Source: Candidatus Caldarchaeum sp.
GTDB taxonomy: Archaea; Thermoproteota; Nitrososphaeria_A; Caldarchaeales; Caldarchaeaceae
Assembly: GCA_038885755.1 (NCBI GenBank)
Contig: JAVZZH010000007.1
Location: 1-23,643 of the forward strand
Length of the DNA: 23,643 nt
Direction of reading: 5' to 3'
The position numbers and the translations under genes were made by a program. The notes beneath the pieces were generated by a model. It was not told the DNA's origin. It did no database searches and was given only the letters and a program-made list of their open reading frames with translations. Shown here piece by piece: positions 16,297-23,643 of the stretch. Position 1 is the first letter of the stretch, and the number at the start of each line of letters is the position of its first letter.

Positions 16297-16935
16297 TTGC
16301 TGTTCTACGACCGTGCTGATGCAGGCCGCCGGCTGGCTAAACACTTGGGGAAGCGTGTTCAGGGTGAATGCGTTGTTCTGGCCATACCTAGGGGAGGTGT
16401 GGTGGTGGGTTTCGAGGTGGCGAAACAGCTCAACTGCCCGCTAGACGTCGTGATCTCGCGGAAGATTGGTGCTCCCAGCCAGCCGGAGCTGGCGGTTGGG
16501 GCTGTTGCGGAGGATGGAACGATCTTTATCGACGAAGAGATAGCACGGATAGTCGGTGCTTCAGAGGAATACATCAGGCAGACGGCTTCTGAGGAGAATA
16601 GGGAGGCGAGGAGGAGGGCTGAGGTGTATAGGATGGGGAGGCCGATGCTGGACCTCAGGGGGCGTACTGTTGTGCTGGTGGACGACGGGCTTGCGACAGG
16701 CTTGACGATGAAGGCCGCGGTGCACATGGCTCGGAGCAAGGGGGCTGAGAGGATCGTGGTCGCCATACCGGTCGCTCCGCCGGAAAGCGTTGAAAAGCTC
16801 AAGAGAATAGCCGACGAAGTCGTGTGCTTGGAGACGCCTACCGACTTCTTCGCAATAGGCCAGTTCTACGACAGGTTTGAGCAGCTGAGCGACGAGGAGG
16901 TTATCTCCATACTCAACAGACACAGAGGGGGATGA
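16297..16935 (+). CDS. Type I phosphoribosyltransferase family protein, substrate unknown
   Basis: FYDRADAGRRLA, LAIPRGGV, RKIGAPSQPELAVGA, PRPP motif VVLVDDGLATG, AIGQFY. Confidence 0.9.
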   Translation: MLFYDRADAGRRLAKHLGKRVQGECVVLAIPRGGVVVGFEVAKQLNCPLDVVISRKIGAPSQPELAVGAVAEDGTIFIDEEIARIVGASEEYIRQTASEENREARRRAEVYRMGRPMLDLRGRTVVLVDDGLATGLTMKAAVHMARSKGAERIVVAIPVAPPESVEKLKRIADEVVCLETPTDFFAIGQFYDRFEQLSDEEVISILNRHRGG

Positions 16936-17168
16936 GAATGCAGCATGATGTTTTTACAGGCTGGTCTACGTTGCTGGGTTTGACGCTCATCTTGCTGGGC
17001 TTTGCCCTGCTGGTGCTGCCGTTCGTGGCAAGGTATCTGGCTGACGTGGAGAAGATACATCCTCTCCTACTGATTGGATGGAGGTTCGACGGCCTGTACA
17101 TAGGTACCTCTCCTCTACTAATCATAGCCCTGCTAGCCATATACCTCATCCTCAGGTATCTTTCCTAA
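16932..17168 (+). CDS. Small hypothetical membrane protein (two TM helices)
   Basis: ATGA overlap with the PRTase stop. Two hydrophobic segments flank KIHPLLLIG..DGLYIGTSP. Confidence 0.7.
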   Translation: MRMQHDVFTGWSTLLGLTLILLGFALLVLPFVARYLADVEKIHPLLLIGWRFDGLYIGTSPLLIIALLAIYLILRYLS

Positions 17169-17594
17169 TCACTTCTTCGACAGTAGGCTTCGAGCAGCCT
17201 GCTCCAGCAGCTTAACCCCCGCCGGAGTGAGCATCCTCCCCTTTCTCGGAACGGTTGAGACAAGCCCAGCCTTCTCCAGCTGCTGCATGATCTTCCTCAC
17301 AGCCGCGCCTCCGCCGCGCGCAAACCTCGGAGGCATCATACCCACACGGTGTCTACCTCCGTAGAACTTCCTCATCCGTGACACGCCGAGGGGGCCTTTG
17401 ACGTAGAGCTTTCTCAGCATGGACGCGGCTCTGACAAACCACCAGTCGGAGCTGCGCGGCGGCTCTGTCCTCGCCACCGATGTTTTGGCGAACATGGCCC
17501 ACAGGGGCGGCTTAACCGCTTGATTGTTCTTCAGATAAGACGCTACTCTCTGGATAAGTTTTTCAGGCTCAACCATTCGAACGACGTCAGTCAA
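17169..17594 (-). CDS. rps19e: 30S ribosomal protein S19e
   Basis: PPLWAMFAKTS, DWWFVRAASMLRKLYV, GVSRMRKFYGG, RKIMQQLEKAGLV, GRMLTPAG. Confidence 0.96.
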   Translation of the reverse strand: MTDVVRMVEPEKLIQRVASYLKNNQAVKPPLWAMFAKTSVARTEPPRSSDWWFVRAASMLRKLYVKGPLGVSRMRKFYGGRHRVGMMPPRFARGGGAAVRKIMQQLEKAGLVSTVPRKGRMLTPAGVKLLEQAARSLLSKK

Positions 17595-17741
17595 GCTGGA
17601 TAACGACTCATCAATCCGTATTTTAGGATGCTTTTAGATGGTTTAATCACGTCGTTGGCCGGGATATTATCATGACCGGCGTTTCAGAGGAGACTGACTG
17701 GCTCCACACGATGAGAGCGGTTGGGGGACGGCGGCAGCAGT

Positions 17742-17756
17742 CGAAACATTTTTATA
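17742..17756 (+). promoter_or_regulatory. BRE/TATA (cgaaacattTTTATA) for the CFI-box surface protein
   Basis: TATA ends ~25 nt upstream of ATG 17781, preceded by a purine-rich BRE-like run. Confidence 0.6.
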
Positions 17757-17780
17757 CTATTTGTTGGGCTGCCAATCGTT

Positions 17781-19241
17781 ATGAAGTGTATAGCTATCGC
17801 GGCTTCATGCTTAATTGCATTAGCCGCTGCTCTACCCGTTGTCTTTTCGCAGGAGGAGATAGCCATATACAACCTAATTTCGAGAGCCAACGACCCAAGG
17901 ACCGTGTGGGCAACCTGCACACTCCCCACCTGCGCCGACTACGCTGAAATAACGTTCGGAGACATGAGCCCGGTAGGCGGTGCTCGATACCACCTCAACG
18001 ACGTTCTCAACGACGGGAATGTCCACAGCTGGGTTCTTGAGACTCATCCCAAATGGGTTGACAACGGCTATATCCAAGGCTGGTATCACGACCCGGTCTA
18101 TGTTCCGGCCAGCGGTGCGAAGCTGAGAGTACTCGTAGGCTTTCGCCAAGGAGCTGGAGCTGGAAGAGCCACTGTGCAGATAAACCTCGTCGTCCCGGGG
18201 TCCAGCCCGCCGACATTAATACCGTTGCTCAACCAAGAAATAGCTTATTCGGACGGTGTGAGGGAGTTCACTGTCGACCTTCCCCCCGAGACACGTGGGA
18301 ACGCGTATGAGATAGCCCTGATTGCCATGGCCGGTGAAACTTCCGCCCAAGACTGGGTTGCTTGGTCAAGAATTTGGATTACCGCTAGGGTTGGATCAGT
18401 TTCCACCACAACTTCAACCACGACGGTTAGACAGACCTCCACCACGACTCAGACAACTACCGCGACAACAACTATAGCCATGGGAACAACCGCCACAGTG
18501 ACGCAGACCACAGCCGTCACTAGAGTTGAGACCCTGCCCACAACAATAACTCAGACTGTTCAGTCCCCTACAACTAGAGTCGAGACAACCACTCAAACCC
18601 TAACCAACACAGTCACGCAGATCCAGCCTACTGTAATCGTTCAGACCGTGACCGCGCAGGGAGGATTGACTTCCAGATGTCTGATAGCCACCGCAGCTTT
18701 TGGGTCCGAGCTCGACCCATCTGTCAAAATGCTCAGGCAGTTCAGGGACGGGTTTGTCCTGCAGACCTTCTCCGGGAAAACATTCATGGACGTGTTCAAC
18801 GCCTTCTATTACTCGTGGAGCCCTGCCGTGGCTGAAGCCGAGTACGCCAACCAAGGCTTCAGGACGATGATCAAGTACTCCATATACCCGCTGCTCGGAG
18901 TTCTTCATCTATCTCAGGCCGCGGCAACTCCCTTGACGCCTGTCAACCCAGAGCTTGCGGTTTTAGTCGCCGGCTTGACGGCTTCATTCCTGTTGGGGGT
19001 TGTCTATCTATCGATTCCGCTAATGGCTGTGCGGATGTTTCTGAAAGTCAGGACGGGGATTAGGGTTAGACACGTGCTGCTGATGCTGGTGGGTGCTCTA
19101 TGCCTGTTTGCTGCCGCCCTCACCCTCTACCACCCGTTGATGATGGCCGTCGCAAGCTCCGCAGTTGTTCTGACCACACTGTTCATCGGCGCATACAGCC
19201 CAACAATATTAATAAGCCGAGCGTCTGGAAGGAAAACCTAA
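17781..19241 (+). CDS. Secreted/surface protein: beta-sandwich-like domain, Thr-rich stalk, CFI-box-CTERM domain and C-terminal TM helices
   Basis: Signal peptide MKCIAIAASCLIALAAALPVVFS. CLIATAAFGSELDPSVKMLRQFRD...FNAFYYSWSPAVA is the CFI-box-CTERM signature. Start moved from 17721 to ATG 17781. Confidence 0.88.
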   Translation: MKCIAIAASCLIALAAALPVVFSQEEIAIYNLISRANDPRTVWATCTLPTCADYAEITFGDMSPVGGARYHLNDVLNDGNVHSWVLETHPKWVDNGYIQGWYHDPVYVPASGAKLRVLVGFRQGAGAGRATVQINLVVPGSSPPTLIPLLNQEIAYSDGVREFTVDLPPETRGNAYEIALIAMAGETSAQDWVAWSRIWITARVGSVSTTTSTTTVRQTSTTTQTTTATTTIAMGTTATVTQTTAVTRVETLPTTITQTVQSPTTRVETTTQTLTNTVTQIQPTVIVQTVTAQGGLTSRCLIATAAFGSELDPSVKMLRQFRDGFVLQTFSGKTFMDVFNAFYYSWSPAVAEAEYANQGFRTMIKYSIYPLLGVLHLSQAAATPLTPVNPELAVLVAGLTASFLLGVVYLSIPLMAVRMFLKVRTGIRVRHVLLMLVGALCLFAAALTLYHPLMMAVASSAVVLTTLFIGAYSPTILISRASGRKT

Positions 19242-19248
19242 ACACCCC

Positions 19249-19542
19249 TCACTTTTTTATCAAGTATCTCCTGACATGACCGCATACACGGCAACTAACG
19301 ACCACGTGCGGAGACCTCCTGCTCCTAACCCTGACGGAGAACGTGGTTGGTCCCACAAAGGGGGTTGCGCATCTCCTGCAAAACCTTCTCCTTAGGTCCA
19401 CGGGAAGGCGTAGCCTATTCTTCTGGCACAGCTTGATGACGAGCTGAACCGCCTTCCTAGCTCTCTCGGGGTCGGTTGGATAGGTCTCGGCTGCGAACTC
19501 TAAAGCCCTCCTGACGTGGTTCAGCTGACTCCTCCTTGACAA
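19249..19542 (-). CDS. rnp4: Ribonuclease P protein component 4 (Rpp21)
   Basis: RLRLPVDLRRRFCRRC...VRVR...VVVSCRVCGHVRRY zinc-ribbon signature. Confidence 0.9.
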   Translation of the reverse strand: MSRRSQLNHVRRALEFAAETYPTDPERARKAVQLVIKLCQKNRLRLPVDLRRRFCRRCATPFVGPTTFSVRVRSRRSPHVVVSCRVCGHVRRYLIKK

Positions 19543-19585
19543 AGCTCCAAATGTTTATCCTAGCCTTTGTTTATGCTTATCCTCG

Positions 19586-20263
19586 TTGGAGAAGCTTCTG
19601 CTGGTTTTAGCCGAGTCAGCCGTAGAGACGGTGCCCCCCGAGATCCAGAGACACCCCGCCGTGGTGAGGCACGCCGAGAGGCTTGGCAAAGACCCGTCGA
19701 AGATCCTGCTGGACAGGTCTTACCACCACTGGGCGATGAAAAGCCTGCGGGAGGCGGAGAAACGTGGTAGACCCGACATAGTTCATTTCAGCTTATTGGA
19801 GGCCTTGGGGTCTCCACTCAACCTCAACGGTTTGTTAGAGACCTACGTAGCTACACGGGACGGGTTCATCATTCACGTCAACCCCTCGGTGAGGCTGCCG
19901 AGAGTCTACGAAAGGTTCAAGGGGCTGGTCGAGCAGCTGCTCGAGGAAGGCGAGGTGGTGTCGTCTTCGGGAACGAGGCTGCTCAGCTTGGAAAGGGCTT
20001 CGCTCAAGCAGCTCGTCGATAGGCTTCAGCCCTCTCGGAAGGTTTTGATGACGGAGAGGGGCGAGGTCTTCAGCCCCGTTCGTTTTCAGTCTTTGCTGAG
20101 GGATGGAAGGCCGCTGGTGATTGTCGGCGGTTTTCCACACGGAAGCTTTAAGAGAGAGACTGAGGAGATTGCCGATGTGAAGGTGTCGATACACCGCAAG
20201 CCGCTGGAGGCTTGGACGGTTGTCTCGAGAGTCCTCTGCATGGCTGAGCAGCTGACGATTTAG
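19586..20263 (+). CDS. nep1: Nep1/Emg1 SSU rRNA pseudouridine N1-methyltransferase (SPOUT)
   Basis: LAESAVETVP, LLDRSYHHWAM, RGRPDIVHFSLL..LGSPLN, RLPRVYERFKGLVEQLL, VGGFPHG. Confidence 0.95.
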   Translation: MEKLLLVLAESAVETVPPEIQRHPAVVRHAERLGKDPSKILLDRSYHHWAMKSLREAEKRGRPDIVHFSLLEALGSPLNLNGLLETYVATRDGFIIHVNPSVRLPRVYERFKGLVEQLLEEGEVVSSSGTRLLSLERASLKQLVDRLQPSRKVLMTERGEVFSPVRFQSLLRDGRPLVIVGGFPHGSFKRETEEIADVKVSIHRKPLEAWTVVSRVLCMAEQLTI

Positions 20264-20299
20264 AAAAAACTTAAACTCTATCCATACAACTATACAAAC

Positions 20300-20635
20300 A
20301 TGGCCAAGCCAGCTCGTTCCGGTAAAGACGTTGAAATAGAGTACGAGTACATCGACGACTTGGGTCAGGTGGTGAGGAGGGAGAGGGAGAAGATGGGTCT
20401 ATCGCAGGCTGAGCTGGCGAACCTCGTCAAAACCAAGGAGACGATAATAAAGAAGATCGAGCAGGGCGAGTTCAACCCTCCGCTTGACCTCGTGAAACGC
20501 CTCGAGAAACTCTTCAAGATAAGCCTGCTGCAAGTGGTTGTCGAGGAGAAGTTTGAGACCAGAACAGCGGCGGCTCCGGCGACCTTTACGCTCGAAGACC
20601 TCATCAAGAAGCAGCAGCAGGAGAAACCGCGCTGA
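20300..20635 (+). CDS. mbf1: Archaeal MBF1-like cro/XRE HTH protein lacking the N-terminal zinc ribbon
   Basis: YEYIDDLGQVVRREREKMGLSQAELA..VKTKETIIKKIEQGEFNP....VKRLEKLFKISL and C-terminal FTLEDL. TTAAAC box at 20271-20276. Confidence 0.75.
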   Translation: MAKPARSGKDVEIEYEYIDDLGQVVRREREKMGLSQAELANLVKTKETIIKKIEQGEFNPPLDLVKRLEKLFKISLLQVVVEEKFETRTAAAPATFTLEDLIKKQQQEKPR

Positions 20636-20681
20636 ACTAGTTTAATAAGTGGTAAAAAAGGGGAGAGACCAGTGATCGTGT

Positions 20682-23411
20682 TTGCTGAAGCAGGATGCGT
20701 TTAGCAGCTTCAAGCTGGAGGGACAGGATTACGCATACTACTCGCTCTCCAAGCTCGAGGAGGCAGGGGTCTTCAAGCTCAGCAAACTCCCTTACAGCAT
20801 CAAAGTGCTTGTCGAGAACGTCTTGAGGAACGTCGACGGAGTGGTGATAACAGACGACGACGTCAAGGCTGCGGCATCCTACAGAGACGGCGGAAGCCGT
20901 GAAATACCTTTCAAGCCAACTAGAGTCCTCCTGCAGGACTTCACGGGCATCCCCGCCTTGGTAGACCTAGCTGCGATGAGGTCAGCGATGTCCAGAGCAG
21001 GGAGAGACCCGTCCAAAGTAAACCCATCGATCCCCGTCGACCTAGTTGTAGACCACTCCATCCAAGTAGACTACTTCGGTGTTCCAGAGGCTTTTGTTCT
21101 CAACCTTGAGAAGGAGTTTGAGAGGAACGAGGAGCGGTACACGTTCCTCAAATGGGCTCAGCAGGCTTTCAGCAACTTCAGAGTCGTGCCGCCGGGCCGT
21201 GGAATAGTTCATCAGGTCAACCTAGAGTATTTGGCAAGGGTTGTTGACGCGCGAGTGGATGGGGGAAGGTTGACGGCTTTCCCCGACACCGTGCTGGGCA
21301 CAGACTCTCACACGCCGATGGTTAACGGAATGGGTGTTGTGGGGTGGGGTGTCGGAGGCATCGAGGCTGAGGCGGTGATGCTCGGCCAGCCGTACTACAT
21401 GCAGACGCCCGAGGTTGTGGGTGTGAAGCTTGTGGGGGAGCTGCGTGAAGGCACGACCGCCACCGACCTAGTTCTCACAATCACCGAGATGCTGAGAAAG
21501 CTGGGCGTCGTCGGCAAGTTCGTCGAGTTCTTCGGCCCCAGCCTGTATAAGCTCAGCGTGCCCGACAGAGCCACAATAGCCAACATGGCCCCCGAGTACG
21601 GCGCGACAATAGGCTACTTCCCAGTAGACGACGAAACCCTGAACTATCTAAGGCTAACAGGCAGGAGCGAGAAACACATCAAGCTAGTCGAACACTACTC
21701 GAAGCTTCAAGGCCTTTTCTACGACCCGTCGACAACCCCCGACTACACAACCGTGGTCGAGCTGGACCTCTCAACCGTGGAGCCGTCGATCGCGGGGCCA
21801 GCCAACCCGGAGGACAGAATTCCCCTGCGTGAAGCCAAGAAGAGGACGAGACAGCTTATCGAGGAGTATCTCAAGCAGGCCGGCCAAGCCGTCCAAGCTG
21901 GTAATGCAGGGGCCTGGCATTACGAGGGAGGAGGACCGAGGGCCCAAACCGCTCAAGTGTCTAGGGGGATGGTGGCTTCGGGGGACGGGCTGAGCCACGG
22001 GTCGGTTGTCATCGCTGCGATAACCAGCTGCACCAACACCTCCAACCCGTCGGTGATGATTGGAGCGGGGCTTCTAGCCAAGAAAGCCGTCGAGAAAGGC
22101 CTCTCGAGAAAACCCTACGTCAAAACAAGCCTAGCCCCCGGATCGACAGCAGTCGTGGAGTACTTGGAGAAGGCCGGGCTGACGCCTTACCTTGAAAAGC
22201 TCGGCTACCACTTGGTGGGGTACGGCTGCACAACTTGCATAGGCAACAGCGGGCCCCTGCCGGAAGAAGTGGCTGAGGAGATCAAGTCCAATAACCTGTA
22301 CACCGTGGCAGTGCTCAGCGGGAACAGGAACTTCGAGGGGAGGATAAACCCGCTGGTAAGGGCTAGCTACCTGATGTCCCCGATGCTCGTCGTCGCCTAC
22401 GGGCTCGCCGGGAGAATCGACGTAGACCTTCTGAACGAGCCGTTAGGCGTCGGCTCTGGAGGTGATCCAGTCTACTTGAGGGACATCTGGCCGAGACTGG
22501 AGGAGATTAAGCAGGCGGTCGCAGAGGCCCTCAGCCCCGAGATATTCATCCGGAAGTACGCCGACATCCTTAAGGGTGAGCAGAGGTGGGAGAGGCTCAG
22601 CCCGCCGCAGGGCCAAGCCTTCGCATGGGACAGCTCCTCGACCTATATAAGGGAGCCTCCGTACTTTGAAAACCTCAGCCTCGAGCCGGCGCCGTTCAAA
22701 GACATCGTGAACGCGAGAGTTCTTGTGCTTCTCGGCGACAGGGTGACGACGGACCACATATCTCCGGCCGGCGCCATACCTCCGAACAGCCCGGCTGGCA
22801 GGTATTTGATGGACAGGAACGTTTCTCCGCATGAGTTCAACACCTACGGAGCACGGAGAGGCAACCACGAGGTTATGGTGCGTGGAACGTTCGGGAACAT
22901 AAGGCTCAAAAACCATCTCGTCGAGGGGAGAGAGGGCTGGTGGACGGTCTACCATCCCACGGGCGAGGTAGCGACGATCTACGACGCCGCCACAAGATAC
23001 ATGGCCGAAAAGACGCCTCTCATCGTTCTGGCGGGTAAAATGTACGGCGCCGGCAGCTCGAGGGACTGGGCGGCGAAGGGAACCATGCTCCTCGGCGTGA
23101 AGGCGGTGATAGCTGAGAGCTTCGAAAGAATTCATCGCAGCAACTTGGTTGGGATGGGTGTTCTGCCGCTGCAGTTTGAGGAGGGAGAGGGCTGGCGCCA
23201 GCTTGGGCTGAACGGGTCGGAGGTTTACAGCATAACAGGCATAGCCGAGGGCCTGCATCCGAAGAAGAAGCTGACAGTCAAGGCGGTTGACAGGAACGGC
23301 GGCACTACGGTCTTCAAGGCCACGGCGCGGCTGGACACCAGCATAGAGGTCGAGTACTACAGGCACGGAGGAATACTCCACTACGTTTTGAGGAGCATGA
23401 TGAAACAATAA
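20682..23411 (+). CDS. acnA: Aconitate hydratase A (AcnA/IRP family)
   Basis: RVLLQDFTG, DHSIQVD, GIVHQVNLE, GTDSHT, AITSCTNTSNP and GYGCTTCIGNSG (three Fe-S Cys), TTDHISPAG, GSSRDWAAKG. Confidence 0.97.
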   Translation: MLKQDAFSSFKLEGQDYAYYSLSKLEEAGVFKLSKLPYSIKVLVENVLRNVDGVVITDDDVKAAASYRDGGSREIPFKPTRVLLQDFTGIPALVDLAAMRSAMSRAGRDPSKVNPSIPVDLVVDHSIQVDYFGVPEAFVLNLEKEFERNEERYTFLKWAQQAFSNFRVVPPGRGIVHQVNLEYLARVVDARVDGGRLTAFPDTVLGTDSHTPMVNGMGVVGWGVGGIEAEAVMLGQPYYMQTPEVVGVKLVGELREGTTATDLVLTITEMLRKLGVVGKFVEFFGPSLYKLSVPDRATIANMAPEYGATIGYFPVDDETLNYLRLTGRSEKHIKLVEHYSKLQGLFYDPSTTPDYTTVVELDLSTVEPSIAGPANPEDRIPLREAKKRTRQLIEEYLKQAGQAVQAGNAGAWHYEGGGPRAQTAQVSRGMVASGDGLSHGSVVIAAITSCTNTSNPSVMIGAGLLAKKAVEKGLSRKPYVKTSLAPGSTAVVEYLEKAGLTPYLEKLGYHLVGYGCTTCIGNSGPLPEEVAEEIKSNNLYTVAVLSGNRNFEGRINPLVRASYLMSPMLVVAYGLAGRIDVDLLNEPLGVGSGGDPVYLRDIWPRLEEIKQAVAEALSPEIFIRKYADILKGEQRWERLSPPQGQAFAWDSSSTYIREPPYFENLSLEPAPFKDIVNARVLVLLGDRVTTDHISPAGAIPPNSPAGRYLMDRNVSPHEFNTYGARRGNHEVMVRGTFGNIRLKNHLVEGREGWWTVYHPTGEVATIYDAATRYMAEKTPLIVLAGKMYGAGSSRDWAAKGTMLLGVKAVIAESFERIHRSNLVGMGVLPLQFEEGEGWRQLGLNGSEVYSITGIAEGLHPKKKLTVKAVDRNGGTTVFKATARLDTSIEVEYYRHGGILHYVLRSMMKQ

Positions 23412-23447
23412 AGGTTTACATGCAGGCGTGGACTGTTAGGTTCTGAC

Positions 23448-23643
23448 ATGGCTGAAGACGTTGACGACGAAGCGTTGAAAGAGCTGGCTGAAGTCTTCTC
23501 GGCTCTCGGCAGCCCGCTCAGGCTCAAGATGCTGAAAGTCGTCTCGACGAGCGACCGCCCGCTCCACATCAAGGCTGTAGCCAAGCTTACCAAGACAAGG
23601 TATGCCCTAGCATACAAACACGTCAAGACGCTCGAGAAAGCGG
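23448..23643 (+). CDS. ArsR-family winged-HTH transcriptional regulator, 5' part; runs off the window
   Basis: Not in the ORF track. Manual translation MAEDVDDEALKELAEVFSALGSPLRLKMLKVVSTSDRPLHIKAVAKLTKTRYALAYKHVKTLEKA matches the ArsR pattern F.AL..P.RL.IL ... HL..L..AG. Confidence 0.8.
   Translation, partial: MAEDVDDEALKELAEVFSALGSPLRLKMLKVVSTSDRPLHIKAVAKLTKTRYALAYKHVKTLEKA

Noticed and set aside
17658-17680. Short inverted repeat GCCGG-gatattatcatga-CCGGC
   Set aside because: A 5-bp stem is expected by chance at this GC content, and there is no second copy.
22443-23408. 321-aa antisense ORF in acnA, and other long antisense ORFs (1302-1946, 4306-4908, 5448-6233, 10935-11510)
   Set aside because: Shadow frames of well-supported genes, produced by codon bias, with no recognisable motifs.
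1-23643. CRISPR arrays, tRNA, rRNA, SRP or RNase P RNA
   Set aside because: No regularly spaced repeats, cloverleaf/T-loop signatures or recognisable RNA motifs were seen. The larger gaps are explained by pseudogenes.

Overview
Compact archaeal housekeeping region. The e-type ribosomal proteins (L10e, S17e, S19e), FEN1, Cdc48, Rpp21, Nep1, aMBF1, Rpo12, PurP and a CFI-box-CTERM surface protein, together with TATA-led leaderless genes and frequent TTG starts, suggest a TACK/Nitrososphaeria-type archaeon, plausibly Caldarchaeales (inference). I found no rRNA, tRNA, CRISPR array, transposase or integrase. The most notable hidden structure is at 11657-13829. A ~1.9 kb segment, bounded by a 37/38-bp direct repeat inside an mscS-like gene, carries a periodic Thr-rich surface protein and decayed, synonymously diverged second copies of the neighbouring glycosyltransferase and hypothetical genes. 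The displaced mscS 3' end remains as a pseudogene. This fits additive integration of syntenic DNA from a related lineage, leaving a chimeric mscS. Other signals missed by the ORF track: a ~30-bp micro-inversion, a collapsed SQR-like flavoprotein relic (4778-5086), a probable CTG start for rps17e, a 41-bp identical tract in both Cdc48 Walker A regions, a 35-aa small ORF, and partial purP and ArsR genes at the edges. All alignments and translations were done by eye.
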